Shown here: one piece after another, positions 1 through 10,847 of the stretch | Numbering within the stretch: the first letter of the stretch is position 1 | How the letters are laid out: each line of letters opens with the position of its first letter | Assembly: GCA_964016885.1 (NCBI GenBank) | Contig: OZ024746.1 | Span: 96,906,001-96,970,000 of the forward strand | DNA: 64,000 nucleotides | Direction of reading: 5' to 3' | Origin: Eledone cirrhosa | Lineage: Eukaryota | Notes under the pieces: model-generated | Seen by the model: the letters and a program-made list of their open reading frames with translations, nothing else | What the model was told of the DNA's origin: nothing | Database searches by the model: none | Translations under genes and position numbers: made by a program

Positions 1-1678
1 TCTCTTGTGTACCCAGGATCTGTATTGTATGCATTTCATAGAATTTATGCCAGTTCCTTTTCTGTATATCGAACATGGCCATTTCCCTGACGGAATCAGG
101 GTTTTGTCCTCTTTTCTAATCATCAACACTTTTATCTTAGTTAGGTTCACTCTCAGTCCTCTTGCTTGCAACTGCTGTTTCCATAGCCAGAATTTATTCT
201 CTAGCTCCTCTACTGATTCTGCAATAAGAACCAGATCGTCAGCATAGAGAAGTTCCCATGGACAGCCAGTCTTAAACTCCTCTGTTATGGCTTGGAGGAC
301 TATAATGAACAAGAGCGGGCTGAGGACCGAACCTTGATGTACTCCTACTTGTATCTGGAATTCCTCACTAAACTCCATTCCTACCCTGACTTTATTGAGA
401 GTACCTCTGTACAAAGTTTGCACTGTCCTCACAAGCCATTCCTCAACACCTAGCTTCCTTAGGGACCACCAGATGACAGATCGGGGTACCCTATCAAAGG
501 CCTTCTCTAGGTCAACAAAGGCTAAGTATAGTGGCTTATTTTTCTCTAAGAACCTCTCTTGCAATTGTCTCACCAAGAAAAGGCCATCTGTTGTACTCTT
601 CCCAGGCATAAAACCAAACTGCATCTCATCTAGTTTGACCCTTTCTCTAATTAGTTGTGCTAATATCCTTTCTGCCACTTTCATAACCTGATCCATCAGT
701 TTTACCCCTATAATTGCTCCTCTCCAGAGCATCCCCTTTACCTTTGTAGCAATTTATGAGAATACTGCTGCACCAGTCTTTGGGTATGACACCACCATAT
801 ATAGCCTGATTGATGATGCGTGCAACCAGTTTAGTGCTTACGTCCCCTGATGCCTTCAGCATCTCAGCAACTATTCCCGATGGTCCAGCAGCCTTACCAT
901 TTTTCATTTCCCTAATCGCCTCTTGGACCCTATATTCGTCAATCTCAATAGCTGGTCCTTCTGTCGGATCTACTAAGGGTAATTCCTCTCTCTCCCATTC
1001 GTTCTCCACATTTATCAGTCTCTCATAATGACATTTCCAGGCCTCCTTTTTCTGATCATTCGTGACACTAAGTACACCGGCATCATCCCGGACACATTTA
1101 TCTCCAACAACATCCTGATTTGCATTGACACACTGCCTTGCAATCTGGAACACCGCACGCTTCTGATCTTCCCGTCACAGAACATTGGCAAACCTCCTAC
1201 TCTCCGCCTCCCTGCGTGCTAAGTACACCTGACGTCTAGCTTCTCTCTTAGTGGCTGTATATTCTTCCCTACTCCCACCCTTTTTCCAAGCCTTCCATGC
1301 TAGTCTTTTGTCTCTAATGGCCTTATCTACTGTGCTGTTCCACCACCAGGTCACTCTCTGTCTGGTTGGAGCTCTGCTCCAGCCACAAGTTTCATCAGTA
1401 GCCTGCAGCAAGTTGTCACGTAAGAAATTCCAGTTATTATCTATGTCATATGTCTCTAAATCAACTTCTTTTTCGTCATATACATCTTGAAGGGCTTTCC
1501 TAAATTTGTATTTTAGTGAAAGGTCTTTTAGCTTCCAGACCTTTCTTCTCCACACCTTCCTGTATGTCTCATTCCATCTCTTGCTTACTGAGATATCACT
1601 AACGACTAACCTATGCTGTGGGTGACATTCTTCCCCAGGGTATGCCTTGGTATTAGACACTATCTGCCTGTCCCACTT
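1..1678 (-). mobile_element. RTE-clade LINE, 5'-truncated and frameshifted; continues off the window start
   Basis: ORFs 1175-1660 and 647-1153 ([35 protein letters not shown]) are homologous to the 895-aa ORF at 23736-26423. Confidence 0.9.
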
Positions 1679-1679
1679 T

Positions 1680-2570
1680 AATTGAAGAAGATCGAAGAAT
1701 AACAGTTAATCAGTTAGCTAAGTCCCTAGACATTTCATATGGTTCGGCAAATTCAATTCTGCACGATAATTTGGGACTAAACAAGCTTTCAGCGCGATGG
1801 GTCCCAAAAGCGTTGTGCCCTGATCAGCTGATTCTTCGAAGTGATCTGTCTTTGGCGATATTAAACAAAATTGAAGTTGATGAAGAGCATTTCCTGACCA
1901 GAATCATCACCGGAGATGAGACCTGGATCTACCAGTATGATGCTGAATCCAAACAGCACTCAAAACAGTGGCTTCCACGTGGATCATCAGGGCCAATCAA
2001 GTTCAAATCTCAAAAGTCGGATCAAAAAGTGATGGCCACCATTTTCTGGGATTCAGATGGGGGTGATACTAATAGATTATCTTGAAGGTCAAAGAACTGT
2101 GACAGGAGCTTACTATGCAAATGTTTTAAGGAAGCTGAAAGAGGCATTAGTCAAGAAACGAAAAGGGAAACTTCATGGTGGTATCTTGTTTCACCATGAC
2201 AATGCACCAGCGCATTCTGTGCGGGTTGCAAAAGAAGTTCTTCGAGAATTTCGATGGGAAGTGCTTCCTCACCCACCTTATAGTCCAGATTTAGCCCCAT
2301 CAGACTTTTTCCTCTTTCCCAAACTCAAAGAAATGCTAAAAGGAACCCGTTTTAGTGGTGTTGAAGAAGCTAAAAACACTGCCAACACATGGCTTCGAAC
2401 AAGGCCTTCAACTTTCTTTAGAGACGGCTTACGAAGCTGGAAGCATCGCCTTGTGAAGTGTATTGGCCTGGATGGCAACTATGTAGAAAAATAAATTGAA
2501 GGTAAATCATATTTTTGGAAAAATAGATTATTTTCTGAAAAATTCCGCGAACTTTTTGATCCCCCTCATA
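1680..2570 (+). mobile_element. Mariner (DD34D) transposon, 3' part; frameshifted transposase plus right TIR
   Basis: WVPKAL, ITGDETW, HHDNAPAH, HPPYSPDLAPSDF with 34 residues between the last two Asp; frameshift near 2060; TIR-like end aattccgcgaactttttgatccccctca followed by TA. Confidence 0.92.
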
Positions 2571-3347
2571 TATGTAGAAATATATGCTCACTTTAAATGC
2601 TGCTATTACAAACACGTTATCATATCATAAGTTGATTTCTCAACATGTGTATATTGCCCCTCCTTATCATGTCTAATCTTATATCCAGTTGGTGTACAAC
2701 ATAATTTTTTTTTTTTAAACACTTTAGTCTTTATTGTGTTGTATCAGATGAAAGAATGGTATTTAACTAATGTATTGGTATGCGATGGGGCCCACCCACA
2801 ACCCCGGCGGACAGAATGGAGAAGGCATTTCCCCAGAGGACGGCAAGGGAGACGTGCTGGAAAAGCCACTCCAACTCGCGGGGCTCACACCTGTGGTTGG
2901 CCAGCTCTCAGCGCCTATAGTGGTTAGTAAGGAGGTAGCCCTGGGGCCGAGGACACCAGAAGTCTCCACTGCCTAGTGTGGGACATTTTAATATTGTACA
3001 GTAGATTTCAAGCTGTACATCACATATTCAGCTCTATTTCTGAAAATATTTGCCTAATGATTTATTAGAAAAGAGTCTTTGGTCCTGTCTCCTCCTCCTC
3101 CTCCTTCTTCTTAATACCTTCAGTATCTTTACATTGAAACATTTCACTACTATAAATGCTATGTTCCATATATGTTAACTGGAAGTTATTCAGCCATGCA
3201 GCAACACAAATCAAATATATCATTGTTGCTAGCCAACCACTCAATGAAAACAAGGATTCTTAGATAAGAATGGAATCATACACATGAGCAAAGCAAAAGT
3301 TATACATCAATAAAATCAATGAATTAACAATATTGATCATCATCCTC

Positions 3348-3378
<31 letters not shown>

Positions 3379-3559
3379 CATACACACATACATATATATA
3401 AATATATATATGTATATATATTGATTAGGATGGACAAGATGTCAAATTTACATGGTTTATTCAAGTGTGATTAACATTTTGTCAACGGTCAATATCTCAC
3501 TCTCTCTCTTTATATATATATATCATCATCATCATCATTTTACAGTGTGGACCACATTT

Positions 3560-4204
3560 GCATATCATCATCATCATCATCATCATCATCATCGTTTAAC
3601 GTCCCTGTTCCACGCTTGCATGGGTTTGGACGGGGTTTTCCCACTTGAGGCAAGAGTGATTGTCTTGCTCGCATAGGACTGTCTGGCGGGTTTTCTACAG
3701 CTGGATGCCCTTCCTAACACCAACCACATTTACAGTGTGGGGCTGGGAGGTTTTTACCGTGTTGCCTACACGGCCACATTACAGCGTGGACTGTGTGTTT
3801 TTTTGTCGTGACACCTACACGATCTCGTTTGTTTCGGCCTGGATGGCGCGGCACCAACATAACTTTGCATTGAAGGGGGCGGTGTGGATGGGGTGGGACG
3901 GGGGTGTATTTTGTTAGAGATGCCTACTGACTAGTAGGTTTTACTTTGTATTTAGGTAAGACGGGTCTTCTCTGTTACTGAGTACCGCCAAAGGTCTCGG
4001 TCCAGTGACATTGTCTTGGAGAGGTGTAAGTGTGTGAGGTCGGAATTTATCAGCTCGTCCCAGGTTTTCCTGGGTCTGCCTACTCCGTGGCTACCATCTA
4101 TCTTTATTGCCCTGCACTTTGTTATACAGCTGTCGTCTTTCATGCGCATCACGTGACCATACCAACGTAGCCTTCTCTCGAGTAAACAACATCTGATCCC
4201 TCTT
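3560..4204 (-). mobile_element. RTE LINE 3' fragment with (GAT)n tail
   Basis: [15 protein letters not shown]; near-identical to 31296-31940 and 54020-54462. Confidence 0.85.
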
Positions 4205-4564
4205 ATATATATATATATACCATTTATGTTGTGTGGTTTACCTGGAGGTAGAACTGGTCATTCCAGTTAGCAAACCATGATGTAATTGCAACTATACCTT
4301 ATGCAACATCAACTGTCGATGGGGTATCTTGTAACTAATGCAGGAATGAATTAAAATATTTATTTAAAAACCACAGTAGACCATTTTTAATTTGTAGTTT
4401 TATATATGTATATATATATATAATGATGATGATGATGAGGATGATGATATATATATATAATGAAGGAATTGTGGTAAGGAACCAGATGGACCATAACGCA
4501 CCAGAGTACTCAATACTTAGAGTAGTAGAGTTGGTAATAGGAAAAGGTATATATATATATATAT

Positions 4565-5580
4565 ATCATCATCATCATCATCATCGTTTAACGTCTATCT
4601 TCCACGCTAGCATGGGTTTAGACGGGAATTGTTCCACTAGAGGCAAGATTGGTTGTCTTGCTCGAATAGGACTGTTTGGCAGGTTTTCTACGGCTGGATG
4701 CCCTTCCTAACACCAACCACGTTTACAGTGTGGACTGGGAGGTTTTTACCGTGTTACCTACACAACCACATTACAACGTGGACTATAAATATATATATAT
4801 CTTCATCATCATCATTTTACGTCTGCTTTTCCCTTCTTGCAAGGGTAGGACAGGTCCTATTCAGCACAGCATCTCTCCACTTGTCACGGTCCTTTGTCAT
4901 CTCCACCGTGAGCTTCAGCGATCTGAGCTCTGTTCTCACCACCTCCGCCCATGTTTTTCGTGGTCTTGCTCTACTGTGTCTTCCTTCAATTGGCATTTCC
5001 TGGCACTTCTTCACCCATCGGTCATCCTCCATATGCATCACATGTCCATACCACCTCAGTCTCCTCTCCCGTACACTACATTCTATCCCTCTCAGACACA
5101 GTTTCTCTCTCAACACATCAATGCTGGGTCGTTTACGCACATTGACATTGCACATGCAATGGGGCATGCTTGCCTCATTTCTCTCCAGCCGTCACATATC
5201 CTCTGCAGTTGCTGGCCATGTCTCACTACCATGCAGCATCACTCACCTCACACAGGCATCATATAACAGGCCTTTCGTATGCAGGGAGAAACCCTTCTTC
5301 GTCAGCAGAGGAAGCAGCTCCCTAAATTTCTTCCAACCCGTCCTTATTCTAGATACTATGGCCTCGGAACACCCCCTCCCATGCTAATCTGATCAACTAG
5401 GTATCGGACGTTATCAACCACTTCTATAGCACCCGCCTGCATTTGAAAAATGTGTCTATCAATGTGACTTCTACTGTCTAATTTCCCTGTACATCTACTG
5501 CATACATATTTCTCCCTACCTGTTAGTTTGCCTGCTATCCCACTACATCTCTTGTGTACCCAAGATCTGCATTGTGTATA
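4565..5580 (-). mobile_element. Two RTE LINE 3' fragments (different subfamilies)
   Basis: [20 protein letters not shown]; (GAT)n tails; shared 3'UTR motif ctggatgcccttcctaacaccaacc. Confidence 0.8.
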
Positions 5581-5646
5581 TTTTATATATATATACGTAT
5601 ATATATATATAAGAAGAAATTAAAAGATGGTTAAAAAAGTTCCATA

Positions 5647-5717
5647 TATTTTATTATGCGCATTTCAAAAACAAATATCATCCTGGGACGATAGTTGCGT
5701 TCTCATCAGATAAAATA
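5647..5717 (-). ncRNA. Type I hammerhead ribozyme motif (minimal, Penelope/retrozyme-like)
   Basis: Minus strand reads tattttat-CTGATGA-[stem II tatcgtc/gatgata]-GAAA-tgcgca-TA-ataaaata; 8-bp stem I, palindromic stem III. Confidence 0.7.
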
Positions 5718-5842
5718 AGGTAACATGATATTTTTTAACCATCTTTTAATTTCTTCTTATATATACTCCAGTCGAATAAACTGTTGAGTGCTACTTATCC
5801 GATATATGCAGAGTTTTATTGTTCCACAATAAAACTCACCTC

Positions 5843-5896
<54 letters not shown>

Positions 5897-6385
5897 AAAA
5901 GAGCCAGGACCCCGATGACAGAGCTCAAGTCGTTTCGACGACTATTGCTGGACTAAATTAAATTTTAGCTAAAAATTTAATTTAGTCCAGAAAGAGCCGT
6001 CGAAATGGCTTCAGCTCTGCCATCGGGGTCCTGACTCTTTTCCTATTTCCAACTCTACTACCCTACGTATTGAGTATTCTGCTGCGTTATGGTGCACCTG
6101 GTTCCTTACCACACTTTCTTCATTATATATGTATATATATCATCATCATCATCATTTTACGTCCGCTTTTCCCTGCTTTGAACAAAAAACAGGAAACATA
6201 GAGCAGCTTGATATTGCATTGTCGCAGCCTTCCAATTACATAGCTTCTTATATTTAATGCACAATGCTGCATAATGAAGACATAACATTGTCCTATTTAT
6301 TATTTATATTATTATTATTACACTCTGCTTAGTACTACACTTCTATACCTACACGTCTCTCTCTCTCCCCCCCTCTCTCTCTCTC

Positions 6386-6433
<48 letters not shown>

Positions 6434-6439
6434 ATATGC

Positions 6440-6842
6440 GCGTTGATGCATGGTAGTGAGACATGGGCAGCAACTACAGAGGATATGCGACAGCTGGAGA
6501 GAAATGAAGCAAGCATGCTCCGTTAGATGTGCAATGTCAATGTACGTGAACGACCCAGCATAGATGAATTGAGAAAGAAACTGGGTATAAGAGGGATAAG
6601 TTGTGGTGTGTGGGAGAGAAGATGGTATGGACATGTGATGCGCATGGAGGATGACCGCCAAGAAATCCCAGTAGAAGGAAGACGCAGTAGAGGAAGACCA
6701 TGAAAAACATGGGCGGAGGTGGTGAGAACAGACCTCAGGTCGCTGAAGCTCATGGAGGAGATGATGAAGGACCGTGACAAGTGGAGAGATGTTGTGCTGA
6801 ATAGGGCCGGTCCCACTCTTGCAAGCAGGGAAAAGCGGACGT

Positions 6843-6873
<31 letters not shown>
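6440..6873 (+). mobile_element. RTE LINE 3' fragment with (GAT)n tail
   Basis: [26 protein letters not shown] remnants. Confidence 0.8.
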
Positions 6874-6929
<56 letters not shown>

Positions 6930-6945
6930 TATAGATATATGTATA

Positions 6946-6992
<47 letters not shown>

Positions 6993-7127
6993 GTAGAACA
7001 CTGGAAGGTAATATCCGTAGTGGTAGAGCACTCAGTCCATGGGACGAGTTAGGTAGAAGTGGTTACACAACATTTAGTTCACCATACCGAGAACAAGTGT
7101 TTCACCTTTGTGGATCCTCAGCTCGTA

Positions 7128-7187
<60 letters not shown>

Positions 7188-7240
7188 TTGAAAAAAATGA
7201 AAACGAAATTTCATTTCTCACTCTTAGTATGGCACTTACT

Positions 7241-7298
7241 TAAATGTAAGTATGTATGTATACGTACATACATATATGTATACAGACGTACAGTAGCA

Positions 7299-7340
<42 letters not shown>

Positions 7341-7884
7341 CATACACATATGCATACAGGTACACATAGATATATGCACGCATCAGTTTAGCCGACGTTT
7401 ATTATAACGCCGCTTTGTTTGTTTGTTTGTCAACAAACCGAACAGCCTGAATTTATGCCATACGGTGTTAAGGCAACCACGTCACCTTTTTGTTCAACAC
7501 TGACACAGGAACGATGTACTAGTTTCAAGCTTGTTAGCTATCATCAGCACCGTTTACCCATCTGCCAGATAGTTGAACGTTCGAAAGTATATACTTTCCT
7601 TATGCTCAGCCGTTAATTTTCATAAGGAAAGTATATACTTTCGAACGTTCAACTATCTGGCAGATGGGTAAACGGTGCTGATGATAGCTAACAAGCTTGA
7701 AACTAGTACATCGTTCCTGTGTCAGTGTTGAACAAAAAGGTGACGTGGTTGCCTTAACACCGTATGGCATAAATTCAGGCTGTTCGGTTTGTTGACAAAC
7801 AAACGAACAAAGCGGCGTTATAATAAACGTCGGCTAAACTGATGCATGCATATATGTATGTGTACCTGTATGCATATGTGTATA

Positions 7885-7917
<33 letters not shown>

Positions 7918-7978
7918 GCATGCTACTGTACGTCTGTATACATATATGTATGTACGTATACATACATACTTACATTTA
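7241..7978. repeat. Long near-perfect inverted repeat (arms about 360 bp, 16-nt spacer 7605-7620)
   Basis: 7241-7604 is the reverse complement of 7621-7978. Confidence 0.92.
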
Positions 7979-8490
7979 TATATATATATATCAATTATCA
8001 GACTGGGTGATGTGTTGTTTCCTTGAGCAAGACACTTTATTTCACTTTGCTCCAGTTTACTCAACTGTAGAAATGAGATGATAGGACTTGGGTCCCTATC
8101 ATTCCACTGCAAAGTGGTCGTCGAGGTGCCATGGCAAAAAAGTACCCACCACTCATTGTAAATGAGGTTGGTGTTAGGAAGGGCATCCAGCTGTAGAAAT
8201 CAAGCCAAAAATCAGTTCCATATGAGCAAGACATGGTCACCTGACCTGACCTGGCATTTCCCACAACAGGACAATCCGTCTAACCCATGGTAGCGTGGAA
8301 GAATCGACATAAAACATTGATGATGATAATATATTTATATATATATATAGAGAGAGAGTTTTCTGTGCTGAGACCGAGGAGACCACTAATCATGGGAGTA
8401 CTGAATGCATGGGGAAATGCAGAGTGTGTATAGAGATAGGTATAATCACAACCGTGGCACTAAGCACTTAGCTCTTTCTCTCTCTCTCTC

Positions 8491-8546
<56 letters not shown>

Positions 8547-8929
8547 TAAAAGAACCAAGGCCATATTCAGTTGATTCCGGTTTATAAACCTGAATCAACT
8601 GAATATGGCCTTCGATCTTTTATTGATATATAATGTTCTGACTTGCACCATTTATACAGGTCGTTGAGTGCTTCTTTTTATCTGCCTCACAACCGACAGA
8701 CCATAATATGGCCGGCACATCTCTGTTTGGTTAACCCCATACTCTAATATATATATATATAATTATAAATAGAAGCTCCACTGTAATTTTTGACTAATGA
8801 AATTTTAGCCTGATATTGGGGTTCTCTAAACCCCTCTAAGAAATGGAAATGTTTTTAAAAAATACAACAATAGCTTCCATTTCTAATTTAAAACTAGCTC
8901 GCTGTTTCAAAAACATACTTGCTTATATG

Positions 8930-9693
8930 TATGTAAACAATTGGAGCATTTCTATCAGATGTGTCTCAAACGGATCCATGGCATTCACTGGAGGGACCGC
9001 ATCATTGATGTCGAGATTTTGGAAAGCTCTATGTGTGACAGTATAGAAGCAAAGAAGCAAAGACTCCGTTGGAGGGGTCACCTTGCCAGGATGAATGATT
9101 CTAGAATACCAAAACAACTCTTTTATGGAGAGTTAGTTAAAGGAAAACGAGCTTCACATAAACCAAAAAAGAGGTATAAGGATTCGTTGAAAGCATCTTT
9201 CAAAGAGGCTTTCAACATCTCTGCTGACACATGGGAAAGCATAGCTGCTGATCATAATAAATGGAGAAAAACTGTATATAAGGGGAAAGTTGCCTTTGAG
9301 GCATCTCGAATCGCATACAAGAAAGTAAAAAGGGATGTGAGGAAGAGTATTGCTGTTGCATTTCCAGAGAGCGAAGGTCCTCCTATGGTGCTGACATGCA
9401 GCGTCTGTGCGAGACTCTGCCTCAGCTAAGCTGGACTCAAAAGTCATATTCACAGTCATAAAGTGAGACCAGTGATTGACTACCAGGCTGCTGTTGGAGA
9501 TGTTACTCATCATGCCTGCCAAGCATGTGGAAGAAAGTGTAGATCAGCAGGAGAGTTCAAACAACATGCAAAAGTACATGAACTCCAACCACAACCGACT
9601 ATTCCCAGTGAATGTTTTGGTTGCCAACTCTGTGCAAGACATTTTAGGTCATTGGCTGGGCTAAAAAGCCACATTCGATCACAGCACTGTTAA
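8930..9693 (+). mobile_element. RTE/BovB-like LINE 3' end with three C-terminal C2H2 zinc fingers
   Basis: RLRWRGHLARMNDSRIPKQLFYGEL..RYKDSLK followed by three CxxC...HxxxH motifs. Confidence 0.8.
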
Positions 9694-9759
9694 TTGTTAT
9701 TGTGTGTGTATGCATATGTGTCTGTATGTATGCATATGTTTGTAATGAATGTATATATC

Positions 9760-10503
9760 ATCATAATCATCATCACCATTTTACGTCCATTCTTCCATGC
9801 TGCATGGGTTAGACGGGTTGTCCTGGGCAATGCCAGGTCAGGTGACCATATCTTGCTCATACAGGAATGATTTTGACTTGATTTCTACAGCTGGATGCCC
9901 TTCCTAACACCAACCTTATTTACAGTGAGTGCTGGGTGCTTTTTATTGTGCTTCCTACTCCCCACTTTACAGTGTGGACTGGATGCTTTTTCTTGTGACA
10001 CCTCCACGACCACTTTGCAGTGGGAGAGGCGTGGAGGCATATTGTCTATATTCTTCAGCTTCAGCTTGTACCTGTGTGAAGTTGGGTCTTCTGTATTACT
10101 GCATAACACCAGAGGTCTTGGTCCTGAGAGGTGCAATTGGGCAAGATCAGCTTTTATCACCTCATCCCAGGTCTTCTTGGGTCTCCCCACTTCAAAGCTT
10201 CCATCTACTTTTAGCGTTCTGCACCGTTTTATGCAGCTGACATCCTTCATACGCATCACATGTCCATACCAATGTAATCTCCTCTCCTACACATAGCATT
10301 TAATTCCTCTTATGCCTAGTTTCTCTCTCAATTCATTTATGCTTTGCCATTCATGTATATTACTATTACACATCCATCAGAGCATGCAAGCTTTGTTTCT
10401 TTCCAATCTATGCATGTCTTCTACACACAGTGCCCAGGTCTCACTACCATGTAACATTGCTGTTTGTATGCACGCATCATACAGTCTGCCTTTCATTTTG
10501 AGG
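9760..10503 (-). mobile_element. RTE LINE 3' fragment
   Basis: [27 protein letters not shown]; same subfamily as 23440-26800. Confidence 0.85.
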
Positions 10504-10721
10504 AAATATATATTATTAGCACAGATTAAAAGTTTAAGTAAATAATTTCTTCTTTCACACTAAGAGGGATCATATGAAACTCAGATGATCCCTCTTAGCG
10601 TGAAAGCAGAAATTATTTGCTTAAACTTTTAATCTGTGCTAATAATATATAAAAAGAAAACACTGATATAACAAACATAGAAAATAAGATTATTAAAGAT
10701 AATATAGTAAAGTGTGCTTAC

Positions 10722-10847
10722 CATCTGGTTTAGTTGTTTTGAACCAAACAGCTATAGTCATCGTGTCTAATAAATCACTTTCATTCAGTGGAAGTTCTAC
10801 ATATGAGGTACCATTGAATTCTGGGACATCTAATCGTTGAAGTACTT
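10722..10847 (-). CDS. AGRN: Agrin exon: start of laminin G2 ([13 protein letters not shown]...[12 protein letters not shown])
   Basis: atttcAG/GTAAGC, 126 nt, phase 1-1. Confidence 0.9.

Noticed and set aside
2736-2976. GC-richer island with short ORFs on both strands
   Set aside because: No recognisable motif or splice context; probably a TE remnant
4242-4334. 93-nt minus-strand segment with a good acceptor and CAG/GTAAAC donor, a candidate next LamG2 exon
   Set aside because: Stops in all three frames and no LamG similarity; the next exon is probably beyond the window start
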